This document shows positions 40,640 to 52,330 of a stretch of DNA of 64,000 nucleotides, piece after piece. Both the position numbers and the translations under genes were made by a program. Positions within the stretch are counted from its first letter, which is position 1; every line of letters begins with the position of its first letter. The DNA is from Lama guanicoe (Eukaryota). Where the stretch lies: the NCBI GenBank assembly GCA_013239625.1, contig MU053881.1, positions 10,654,873-10,718,872 on the forward strand, written 5' to 3'. The notes under the pieces are model-generated. The model worked only from the letters and a program-made list of their open reading frames with translations, did no database searches and had not been told where the DNA came from.

Positions 40640-42370
40640 TTGTATCAGCCCACCCTTCCAATTTACAACACTCTAAGAAACCCAATCAAATAAAAACAAG
40701 TAAACAAAACAGAACACAAACAGCTGATCGAAGCTCTTGAGAACATCTTGAGAATGGGCCAAGGCAACTGGGACTTGAGGAGCCAAGCTTCCAGAATAAA
40801 AGAAAAAGCACTGAGATGAGCCTAATTCTATCAGTTTTTTGTATTGAGCCATTTCCTGAACCTTAGGTTGCTCAGGATGAGGAACCAGGGCAAAAGCAGC
40901 AGCTGAGAGCTTCCTGTGATCGCACAGGGATACAGGGAGAGGAACCGTATTTCAGGGTCACCAAGGAAGCCATGCTTTGAGGGGCCAAGATCCCAGAGAA
41001 ATAAAGGACTGCAGAATTTTGCATTATTTCCCCTCTCAAGCTACTTCCTAATTCTAAGTCACTGGGAAAGAGATTAAGAATCCAACAAGAAAACTGCATC
41101 TAAGAGGGAGAGAAGCCTAACTGTGCTTTTGGTGGTCTCATTTTCCTGTCATCACATAAAGGAGGAAATCTGCTAAACACCCTGCTCCCAGGTGTTTAAG
41201 TAGAGAGCCCTGAGGGCTATGATGGAGGAACATGTGAAAATTGGAAATAGTTTAGTTCTCAAAAGACTGAAACACACTAAACTATCTCAAAATCTGATTG
41301 TCTTTACTCTAAATGCCTGCCAGAATAAAACTAAGTCCTCTCTGCAAGAAAATATCATAACCAAAGCCTGTAATTTTAATACACATTATCCAGAAATTAA
41401 ATATGCCAGATACACCGCTTCTTCTCAACATTATACTGGTATCATCACCTGAGTAAGACCAGAAGGAGAAATCAAGAAAAAAATAACACTTAAAAGAAAT
41501 AACACTCTCATTGCTCTCAGATGAAATGATTATGTGCTCAGAAAATCTAAAGGAATCTAACAATTATTAATAAGTGCATTTAGCGAGTTTGCAAGGGAGA
41601 ATATCAATATACAAAAACGTATTTCCACATACTACCAACAAACAATTAGAAATTAAATTTTTAAAATAACATTTATGGCAGAGCACACATGAATTTTAGG
41701 ACAATTAAAATACTCTGCATGATACCATAATGATGGATACATGCCATTATGCATTTGTCTAAACCCACAGAATGCACCACACCAAAAGTGAACCATTAAA
41801 TAAACTATGGACTTTCAGGGATTACAGTGTGTCAGTGTAGGTTCATCCATTAAAAAAAATGTACCTCTGGTGGAAGAAGTTGATAATGTGGAAGTCTATG
41901 CACGTATGGCGGCACAGGGTATTTGGGAAATCTGTATCTTCCCCTCAGTTTTGCTTTGAACCTAACACTTCTCTAAAGATGTATAAAGTTTAAACAAAAA
42001 ATTTACACTAATGTCATAAAACTTCCAACACCTAAGAAAAAAGTCTGCAAGAGATATGGAAGATGACCTCTATATGGCTGTCTACAAAATGCCACTTGAA
42101 AAAAATTAAAGACTAAATTAAATTGAGCATTAGCTAAAATAATTTGAAGATGAGCAAGCTGGACAATCTAATACTATCAGATATCAAAGCCTTACCTTTC
42201 TGTAAAATCATAGCAATTAATACAGTATTGTTTTTACAGGAGAATTTTTTAAAAATAATATTTCCAGGAGTAGACTCAAAGAAATGTGAACACTAGATTT
42301 TTTTTTTTAAACAAAGAAATCACTGCAGTGAAGTGGGAAAAGGATGGTCTTTCTAATATGAAAAAATGGA
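40640..42370 (+). mobile_element. Further old L1 fragments (5'-like segment and ORF2 RT-region remnants)
   Basis: Near 41510, ttgctctcagatgaaatgattatgtgctcagaaaatctaaaggaatct is a decayed LFADDMIVYLENPKES. Near 42170, actatcagatatcaaag...atagcaattaatacagtattg. Confidence 0.7.
41677..41998 (+). mobile_element. L1MC-like 3' UTR inserted in the older L1
   Basis: atgatggatacatgccattatgcatttgtctaaacccacagaatg...taaactatggacttt...ttttgctttgaaccta. Confidence 0.8.
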
Positions 42371-42374
42371 ATGT

Positions 42375-43315
42375 TCTCATCAGCCTAGAAGTCTATGTCC
42401 CCCATCAGCCCTGTGATCCCCACACTATTAAGAACCTCTTTCCTGGCTTCTTTCAGTGCTGTTTGTTTCATATGTTTTTGAACATAATTATTTAGTAAGT
42501 ACTCTTCTGTTGGCTTCTTTTTCTTAATACTACATTTTTGAGATTCATGCAGGTTCTAGTATAAAACAAGCTCATTCATTTCCATTTATTTATGGAATTC
42601 CATTGGATAAATATGTCACAGTTTATCCATCCTATTTATTGATTATTTATGTTATTTTCTTGTAAGGATTGTGGATTACACTGCTACTGATATCTTTATA
42701 CAAACGCCTTATGGTGCTCAGGTGTCCACATTTCTGTCTGGTATATACTCAGGAGTGGAATTGTGGGGACAAGGAATATATGACAGTTGGTTTTTACCAA
42801 TCAACGTTCGTGCCCGCATAGCATGCGTGTTGCAACTGAACCATATTTTTTTCAACACTTGATATTGTCAAACTTACATTTTAGCTATTTCAGCAAATTG
42901 TTCCTATTAAAGCTTTAATTTACCTCTTTCTGATGCTTAACTGTGGTGAGAATCTTTTTTGTTTGTTGGCTGTGTTTTGTTGATGTGTTTTGTCCCTTTC
43001 TTTTAAAATTGGTCTGCCTGTTTCTTTCTTTTAGATTTGTAGACAGGATCTATATTTTGGCTACAAGCCATTGTTGGTTAGTTGGTTACGTGTAACTATC
43101 TTCTCCTAGTCTGTCTTTTCACTCTGCTAATAAGTATCTGCCCATATCACAGTTATGAAGGTAGTCTCCTCTGTTATTTTCTGCAAAATTCATTATTTTT
43201 AATTCATATGAAGTTCTAAAACCTATTTGTAATTTACCTTTGTGTACATTTCAAAATAAACCACATGATTTATTTTCATATTGCTTTTCCATTGACCCAG
43301 CACTGCTTATTTTAA
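42375..43315 (-). mobile_element. L1ME-like 3' fragment, antisense
   Basis: ttttgagattcatgcagg, cacagtttatccatcct, ggtatatactcaggagtggaattgtggg. Confidence 0.75.
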
Positions 43316-46300
43316 AAAAAAAGATATAAACTATATAGGTGAACACAGTGTCTCTAGAAAAAGATTCTTTATTTCCTATCCCCTAAAGGACTGATTAGTT
43401 TAAATGTCCAGTCATCTGCACTGTATTTTCCTTTTAGTCTGTACAGATTAAATAAGTCAATATAATGATTTTAAAATACAGAACACCAAATGCCAAACTA
43501 TGTGGCCTGGCTAAAAATGTGTCTCCTTTATTTCATTTTCTACTCTTAAATAACTTGTAAATTATGATACTAGAACACAGATTCTATTATTAACTTATTT
43601 ATCTACTTTTACTTTTTAAAAATTTATTTTTATTTTGCTTATTTCCCAAAGCCAGGCAGTTAGGTTAATAGTGATGCTACCTGTGGTTAAGAGTGACTCA
43701 TGATAGCCGGGCTCCTGGAGCACATTATTATTACATTTGTGATGTGATTTGTAATGAGAAAAAAAAAATAGCAAAAGCATATGATTATTTCTGTAATTTA
43801 ACTTACATTTTCTAAAACCGGTAATGACTAGTGTAATTTAGATCTCATAAAAGAAACAGAGATGCTCTACTGAATCTAAAATCAAAGCCCATGAAAACCT
43901 TTTATACACAATGTAAACAGACATGTTTAATGTAAGCATCTGCCAATCTAATCTGTTAATTTTGCCCATGTTGTATTTTTTGCCCATTTGGCATGTTTTT
44001 ATGCAGCAATTTATATACAACACTGTATCAGCATATATAGGGGCATACAACCAGCTGTGTCCTATCATATAATTTACAGGAAAAAAAAAGTTTGACAAAG
44101 AGAATTGCTTTCTAATGAAACATGGGAAGGGGGGTGAAATTCTAAGATGAGAAACCTGTTGATCTATTTTTCCGTGGAGCATGCAAGGGTTTACATCTCC
44201 TGTGCCTAGACCTTGGACTGCCATGTTGACTGCTCTTGCTTAAGATTGGCACATCTACCCCAATGCAACGCTTACATGTTTGCTTCCCAAATGAGCCTAC
44301 GACTTTCGAAGTCATTTCTTTGAAAAGATAGGAAAGAGCAAGCAGTGTGCACTTTACTCCCCAAAAGGGAGATGTTTCTGGAAAAAGATTTTTCTCTCCC
44401 AATCAGAAAATTGTAATTCGTAGTAAACAGAATCAACAGTGGTGGTGAGCAACAATGCACAATCAGAAACATGCATGAGATGAGCAGCTGCCCGTAGTTA
44501 CCATAGTTTGTTTGCTGTTTCCCACAGCTCTGTATATATATATAAGGAGTGGGGGAGTGGGAATCAAACTATGAAAAGAATATGGGTCACAGTCCTCCTG
44601 TCACTGCTGCTGCTCCCATCATCCATCTCCAATTAATTTTCCCATTTATTTGGTGAGTTTTCCCAGGTTAAGCATTCTTTGATCGGCTATCAGTTAGCCA
44701 GGTGTATTTGCTTATAAATATCTATGTTTCAGATACCTTGGCAAGACTTTTCTGTGAGATGACCACAAGAGGATTCATTTTTCTTAAGGCATTTAACTCT
44801 TGTGTTGCCTAGTCCTCTTTATTCTTGTCTAAGGCTCGCCTGTTTTCTCCTATTTGGTGGCCCATGTCAGTATACACAGAGTAGGGGAAGGGTTTCTCCT
44901 CCTATTAACTCTTGTCTGTATCCAGATATCCAAAGATTAGTGTATGTGTTTTGAAAGAACTTCAAGGTGATTCAGGCCCACATTCTACTTGTTTTGAATC
45001 ATGGACATGATGGTCAAGAATGCACTGGTCTAATAGACTCCTAGTGTTTCTAGCCCTCTAGAATTACCACACCAGCTTCCCTTTGTGAATTAAGTTTCCA
45101 TCTAGGTTGACCACAATGATGTGATGCTGATCACAGTGATGTACATATTTCCATTCATGGCTGTTGATCCCAGAGCATATTAATATACTGGCATTCTAAG
45201 GTTCACCTCCTTTGGACATGCCTTTTGGTTACCATGGGTCTGTCTTTGAGTCTACAAGACTTTCACAAGAAAGGATCAGATCCTGGACTATAAAAACCTC
45301 ACTGACATACCTCTGAATTGTTGGCCAGCTTTGCTTAATCTTGTCTCTTGACCACAATGGCATTTTCTTACTGTCAGTAGATAAACTCTCAATTAACTCT
45401 ACTTTTATTAAAACCATCAAGTGTCTATGACATTTATTCTTACATCATGGGACAAGGTAGCAACTGGTGTTTTGAGCGCCCCTTTTCAGCTCTCTAGCTC
45501 CCCTGCCTTCTCAGGACCATGCCCAGTATAGCACCACCACCACTACTATGAATGACTACCAGCACGGTTAGCTGTGCTGAACCAAAGGCTGATTTTACTA
45601 AGCGCACACACTCAAAGGTGAGTGTGCTACCACTCACAAAGAGGCTCTGAGACTAAGTTTTGGCTTAGAAGGAATGAATTAAAGGGAAGGGGTGTTTGGT
45701 ATTGCTGGAAGGTCAGGACAGTAGTGAGTTTTAGAGAGACGGACATAATAGTAACTTTCCATACCCAGTTATGTTAAACTGATGTCTAATTCAACCCCTA
45801 GCATATGAAACCAGCCGTATGAGGGGATTTCAGTGTAAGGAATTAAGGTATTGTTCATCATTCCCCATAGGAAAATAACAATTTCTCTGATGACCATTAT
45901 CTCGGAGTACTTACTGTGTACCAGCTGCTGTCCTCAGCATTTTAGCTTCACTTAAGCAATCGATGTATGGAGACAATGGTTAGGGCTCACTAATAACAGA
46001 GGCTATAATAAAATCCTTTGAGAATTAAGCTAGTAAAATCCACACACAGTGGATGTGACGGATAGATACGTCTTACAAATGCATAAATGAACCATCCAGG
46101 AATATTCCTAACTCTGACACAAGTGAAATGAGGAAAACATTTCAAGGATGCAGAACAGGGATTTTAACAAGTGAGTAGGCAGAAATCAAATCATATCTTA
46201 TGCTGTGTTCTGAGAAGGGCTATGATCCCGCGGAGGAAAGACTAGGTTAGCTCAGCCACTGAGCTTAAATAAACAAGCAAATATGCAAACCGCAACCCTC

Positions 46301-46879
46301 GTGACACTTGCAAACACTGGCAGGCCCTATCCAGGTACCATCTGAAGGAGGTGGTGGCCAGTGACAAACCCCCTTGCATTGCTACCCACTTGACATAAAT
46401 CTTTGTTACAGAGATTGACTCAGCAAGCCATCAGGGTCTAAAGGCGATCTATGGGAAACACACCAACAGCATCTCTTTTTCTGATTCTGTATTTAAGAGA
46501 CAGACATGATGACAATGTTTTCACATGTGGTTTTCTTTACAGGGAGGATGTGCTGATAAGATTGATGCTAGCATCGGATGTGTCTGATGGTTATTTTTCC
46601 TCCTGTTAATAATATACTGGCATGCTGACCTGTCTGTACAGTGATGGCTATAAAAGCACACAGATTTGGGCCAGTAATGTGAGTCAACCCGTGGGTAGCC
46701 AATAAGTTAAGGAAAGCAGGTTTCTGAGCCAGCATGAAAGCTGGTGAGATCAGTTACTAGGGTCTATGTCATTTAGGGAGGCGTAACAGCTTCCCACCAC
46801 CTGGGTAAGACTCCTCCTCCATGTGTGGGTTCCATGAACCATTGCCATTTTAACTCTAATGTTTTCTAATTAGCCCTGT

Positions 46880-47020
46880 ATTGGACTCATTATCTTTAAA
46901 GATGAGGAAGCTGAGACTGAGAAACATAAAGTAACTTCCTCCAGTTTACTCATCCAGTAAGTACAGGGCCAAGTATTTAACCCAGAACTGGGTGGCTGAA
47001 AATTCCACATTCTTTACACT
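46880..47020 (-). mobile_element. MIR SINE
   Basis: aaagatgaggaagctgagactgagaaacataaagtaacttc core. Confidence 0.7.
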
Positions 47021-47702
47021 GCTAGCCAGGTGTATAGTTGCACATCATTGATGTGGTGGGAAGAGTGTGCCTTACAAAGGATTCATTGGGGAAACCCCAG
47101 AAAAAGCTAACAGCAACCATTAGTTAGAGAACTTAACTAATGGGTAGGTTTTCAGTAGCTTTCACTTCTCTTTTTACTTTTACTCAGTTTTCAGGAGAAT
47201 TAAAAAAAAATCTCAAAACTGAAACTCAGTGTCACTCACTCTTCATGCAAGCAGGTTGAGTAGACTGGAAGTCTATGGCCCAAATGAGAACATACAAGCT
47301 GATGGCCCCTTCTCTTATCCAATGCCTCCAATTATTCTAGAAGTAGGCAAGGAGCAACAAACTGTCAGAAGACTCAAGGGAAAATACACTTGTAAGAGGA
47401 GATTATTCATTATACTAAATTGTGCGTGTCTCTCATGAAGAGAGAGTATTAATATCAGAACTCAAATGACTCTCCCTTCACATAAAGACTATTTTTCAGA
47501 TGTTTGAGCCAAATTGCACTGTCAGAGAATCGCTCCAAATTTCATAACCATTATTATGACTCAGGAGCAGGACGATCTACTTAAAGCGGAGTTTGCCTTA
47601 GGCACAATTGTGAAGGAAGTGGAATTTGTCTTCTGGGTCCTTAGAGATCTTTCTCTCTCTTCTCCCACCCCTTCTGGCACTGCCTGCTATTGTCCCTGTC
47701 CT

Positions 47703-47746
47703 ATTTTATTTTATTTTATTTTAATTTAATTTAATTTAATTTTAAT
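47703..47746. repeat. Compound (ATTTT)n/(AATTT)n pentanucleotide repeat
   Basis: Seen directly. Confidence 0.85.
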
Positions 47747-49663
47747 GGAAGAGTTAGCAGTCATTTACACTTTAGTGTGAATGCACTTAAATGAGGATAA
47801 TTAGTATATTTTCTCAATTAGGGTAGGTTCTTTTATAAGAATGATCTTTAGTTGTGAAATAAAAGGCTGTGTTAAAAATCTGAGACATCAGGGAAATGAT
47901 GGAAGAGCTCTTGAGGAAATCAAGAAGATTTTCATGTCACTCCCGAAATGATACTAAAAAACCACTCACCTACTAAAACGATGATAAATAATAGGTGAAT
48001 ATTTTAACTACAATATTTCTTAAAGAAATCCCTTACCTAAAAACCAAGAATTGAAAAGAAACATAGAAGCATGTGTGACGAACCATTTTCTTTTAGTAAG
48101 GGAATTTTAGATCAGATAGAATGTTAAGCCTACCACTTGAACTTTCAACTTGTCTCTCTTTGCCCCTTACGCCTTTGCTGGAAGCGTGTCATCCTTTCTG
48201 CCCACATTCCACACACAGATTCTGTCTCACAAAGGACTGCCCAGTGCTTCACACTTCTCTCTCCTTCACAGTGATACACTCCTCACCAACTAAGGTTTCC
48301 ACTTTTCGGGGACATGTTTTCAACAAACGACTATGTTAAATAACAATCATTAAATAAAAATCGGATACATTAAGACCTAGCAGAATGGGTATGACTTTTC
48401 AAAACTGCCTGAAGTGGCAGTCACCCATATTCTTAAACGTATTTTGTTTTAAAAGTAATCTTGTTAACCAAAGGGACTGTGTGGCCCAACTTAATTATAA
48501 AGTTTTAAACCACAGGCATATGGTGGATATTAATTAACAGGTGTGCCGGCAGGTGACCTTCCCAACTTCATACCAGCCACAAAAACAGCACGAACAATAG
48601 AGCAACAGCAGCCAGAGCAACGGCGAAGCAGCCCAAAGCGCAGCCGGTACGGGGCGGGCAGTTTTGTACCAGAGATAACACGCGAGGTTGAACACACCTT
48701 GATGGGACTCTGGGAAGAACGGCATTAATTACAACGTCTGTCTATCACACAGAGTTTTATTCAGGAGGAGCAGTCTTCTACGGACGTCTCTGGGCATCTG
48801 TTCATTAGGAGTGCTCGAGGATGTGGAGGTGATTATCATGATTGAGTAGCACTGGAGTGATTGGATTCACTGGCACCCCCCCGAACCTATCCATTACAAA
48901 CATTGCTTTAGATTTATTCTGATCACATTTTAAGTTCCATTAGCGCTAAAGCCTTCCTGGAACAAGCCCTGAGAGTCTACCTCTCTTCTGGTAGATACAT
49001 TGTCTCTCTCTTCCGTAACCCCGCAATATCTAGAGCTTTTGATCTCTACTGCTGAAAGGAAGTTTGGATTAAAATCTTTAAGCAGTTATAAAAAATAAAG
49101 TGAATCCTTCTCTTATATAGGCAGAACAAAAAAGTAGCTGTGTGCATGCAGATATGATTCTCTTAGTCTAGCGGTTCAGATCCCATGACCATTTCCCTTT
49201 GATCTTCCTCATGGTCTTGCTATCACTTTGAAGCAGCGTGGCACGCACTCTGGGTACCAGCTTATTAAATACAGGTTATTGTTAAAAGAAAATTCCAACT
49301 GAGACTGAGCTGATTCATGTATGGCCTCCCTTGTTTACAAAGAATACTTTCGACTGGAAAATACTGAAAGGCAGCTTGCTTTTCATTCTTTTTTTTAAAG
49401 AAGTTTTAACTCTCTTTTATTTAGAAAAAAAAAAACTTTGAAGTAAAATTTCACCAATCACTTCCCAAATTTGTTTAATCCCAAAGCCTTTGTACTTGAA
49501 GATATTTCTGCACACAAGTGACTCAGTTAAATATATATCCTACTGTCCCATTAACTAATATTGTCCCTGTTTCTACTTGAAGACAGAGGTTGCATAACCT
49601 GAGTGTTATTGGAAAGAGATTTGGTATTGTTTACCAGCATTAGTCAAGTTTTGTAGCTTATAT

Positions 49664-49772
49664 ATATATTCTTTTAATTAAAGTATGGTCAGTTTACAAT
49701 GTTGTATCAATTTCTGGTGTACAGCATAATGTTTCAGTCATATATGAATATATGTATATTTGTTTCATATTC
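49664..49772 (-). mobile_element. Severely 5'-truncated artiodactyl/camelid L1 3' end with 12-bp TSD
   Basis: aattaaagtatggtcagtttacaatgttgtatcaatttctggtgtacagcataatgtttcagtcata. TSD tgtagcttatat at 49652-49663 and 49773-49784. Confidence 0.8.
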
Positions 49773-50024
49773 TGTAGCTTATATTTTTTCCAGAAGAATG
49801 AAATATGGAGAATTATATTTAATGATTATAGAATGATTTTTTCCTAATCCTCAAATACTTAATGATTATAAGATTATCAAATTTTAAATGCATATTACAT
49901 ACAGAGATGTGTGTGTTAATATCCACCATATGCCTGTGGTTTAAACACACACACTTGTGGAAGTTTGGATTACAGATTTTTGAATAAAATAGACTGGGGG
50001 TGGTTTATGCATTTTATACACTAT

Positions 50025-50180
50025 CTCATCTTGGGAAGATTCTGTAACCTTTCTGGACCTCTGTTTCCTCATCTGTAAAGGATTGCTAAAACCCTTCCTG
50101 AAAACCTGTTGTGAGGGTAACAAATCATGAGCAGTGACTACCGGAGTACCTGACATAGAACAGGATCTAATAAACAGGAG
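50025..50180 (+). mobile_element. MIR SINE
   Basis: cctctgtttcctcatctgtaaa...gttgtgagggtaacaaat...cctgacatagaa. Confidence 0.75.
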
Positions 50181-50924
50181 GTCATTAACCGGCCCTCGGT
50201 AAATCAATCTCCCGAGCCGCTCAGGTTGCTTCTGTGAGGAGCAGCACCATGGGAAACCACGCCAGCAATTCAGAACATCTGTCCCTGAGGCTTTAATTTT
50301 GGGGTCCGTATTTTATAGCCTGCTTGTTTTCTTTGTCCTTGGCACCTTCATCCCGATGGCTTGAGTCCCTTAGAGAAGTGTCATCAGCTTCTAGCTGTAC
50401 CTGTTTTAGCTACTCTGCAGGAGGCCGTTTGGACTCCCTCTTCCCCCAAAGGTTCATTTCCCTTATGAAACAGTCCTTACTTAAAAATCAATCATACCAA
50501 CACATTTTTGATATTTCGTGACCATCTATGTAGATGCTCTGTTGAGGCAGTTAGCAACCACAGGTAAATACTTTTTACTAATGTAACTAATTATAATTAT
50601 CTTCCCATATGCCTTCAGAAAAAAAAATTGCAAATTTCTCAACTAGAGAAAATGCACGAGAGAAGTCATGGAATTCTATAATTAGTGTCCTCTCACATCC
50701 AACAAATACACAGCTTGGTCATCCTTATAATTATATGGAGACTGCAAACCATTTGATATCCTGTTCGCTCCACCCTATTCAATGGTAAAAAAAGACCATT
50801 CAATCCATATCACTCATCAATTATTTATCAAACCCTTGCTGTGTGTGCACCACAATGGTAAGTGTTGTGGCTGAGTCTGTATCTTACCCTGTTGAGACAG
50901 TCCTAGTAAAAGCTTGTCGATTCT

Positions 50925-51065
50925 CAGATTACACGTCAGACCTGGACTCTCATTCCTCACATGCCGTTCATTAAGTGTGAAGCCTAGAGCAAACGTTTCT
51001 TGAGCTTATTTGCTTCCCTTTCCTCATCTGTGGAATGAGGAGGCTAAGCTAACGTTGTCTCAGGT
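50925..51065 (+). mobile_element. MIR SINE
   Basis: gtcagacctgg...tttcctcatctgtggaatgagg. Confidence 0.65.
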
Positions 51066-51536
51066 CACCTGCTGTGGTCAGACTCCCAGTCCCTCCTCTT
51101 CTTTGCTGAGATGCCGGCTGGGGTTTCCTGTGTGGCTCATGGAGTATGCTCCTTGCTTCCATGATACGTAACTACATGCAATGGGACCTCACTGTTGGGA
51201 TTTTGTGAATGCCACAACATACCCCATTGTCCTTTATGAGAATAACTCCTCACTATCCTTTGAGTTCTGGTTCAAATGATGTCTGTTTGCCCAAATGTCT
51301 TCCATGCTTCTCGGAACTCTCCTGTTTGGCGGTCAGAGCATCTTCACCTCTGTTCACTACTTCTGACATTCACGGCACAGTGCTGCCTTGGACTGAATTC
51401 TTCACTAGCTGGTTGGCCTCGTGCTTTACTTGCACAAGGGACTTCTGGCTTTAGTAGGCGATCAGGTTTAGAGTAGGTGTTCAGAGATTATTTCTGGCAT
51501 GAATTTGGGGTTGAATTCTCTGCTTTAAAGTCCTTC

Positions 51537-51968
51537 AGTGGCTTCCACGTGGATGTCATGCTCCCCCTTCTCAGATCCCCGTTCGGGATGACGGAGCTCA
51601 ACCTGCTCACTGCAGGTCGCAGAACTGTCAGTGCGGTCCCGCTCCATGAACTGCCCTGGGTACAAGGCTATGCCCCCTCCCTAGAGACAGCAGGTGTGCA
51701 ATGACTGGTTGATGCAGGGGTACAAAGGCCCAACCCTTTGCCCAAATGCATGACAACTCATAGAGCCGTCCCAGCTCCACAGCCGCCCATGGGAAAGGCT
51801 GAGGGAGGCATCTGAGGTGACTGCCCTGCAGTTCGATTCCTCCCTCTGCCCAATCCTGTTTTCCTCACTCTTATTTAAGCGTTGTTGTCTGAAGCACCCC
51901 CCAATAAACTGCCTGTCGGCATAACTCCGCCTCAGAGTCTGCTGTCCAAGGTACCCAACCTTTGATGC
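51537..51968 (+). mobile_element. Solo LTR, LTR16-like (ERVL)
   Basis: cccagctccacagccgcccatggg...ccctctgcccaatcctg...ccccaataaactgcctg...ctccgcctcagagtctgc...cccaacc. Confidence 0.85.
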
Positions 51969-51989
51969 CACGGGTCTTAGGAAACATCC

Positions 51990-52330
51990 AAATCCCCTAA
52001 AAGGTTTACACAACCGTGACTGGTCTGGCTCTAACCTATCCTCATCACCAAGCCACTTTTCTTCAGTACCACTGTCTGTCCTTCCTTCCATTCTGGAAAC
52101 TTGCTTTTTATCCCTCCTTGGGTCTTCTACTAGCAGTCCCCTCCTTCTATAATGTTGCTCCTTGATGTAACTCACGGATAGCTTGTCCGCATCCCTGAGG
52201 TACCAGCCCTGGCACACTTCTCACCATCTTATTTCCATGACAACATTTTGCATCACTCGGGGTTATCCTGCTTCCATAGGTATAGACCTCGTGCATACCT
52301 AAGCACCTGAAGTGAGACACAACTAACAAA
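51990..52330 (+). mobile_element. LINE-2 fragment, followed by an antisense MIR at about 52340-52510
   Basis: cgtgactggtctggctctaacctatcctc...tgcatacctaagcacctga, then ttttgcagatagggaaactgagg. Confidence 0.55.

Noticed and set aside
44570..45430. Possible ancient element or endogenous viral fragment
   Set aside because: There is no recognisable motif apart from a possible MER5-like piece near 44940-45035, so I cannot support a call.
51681..52217. Longest ORF (178 aa, minus strand)
   Set aside because: It is an antisense frame through LTR16-like and L2 sequence with no recognisable domain.
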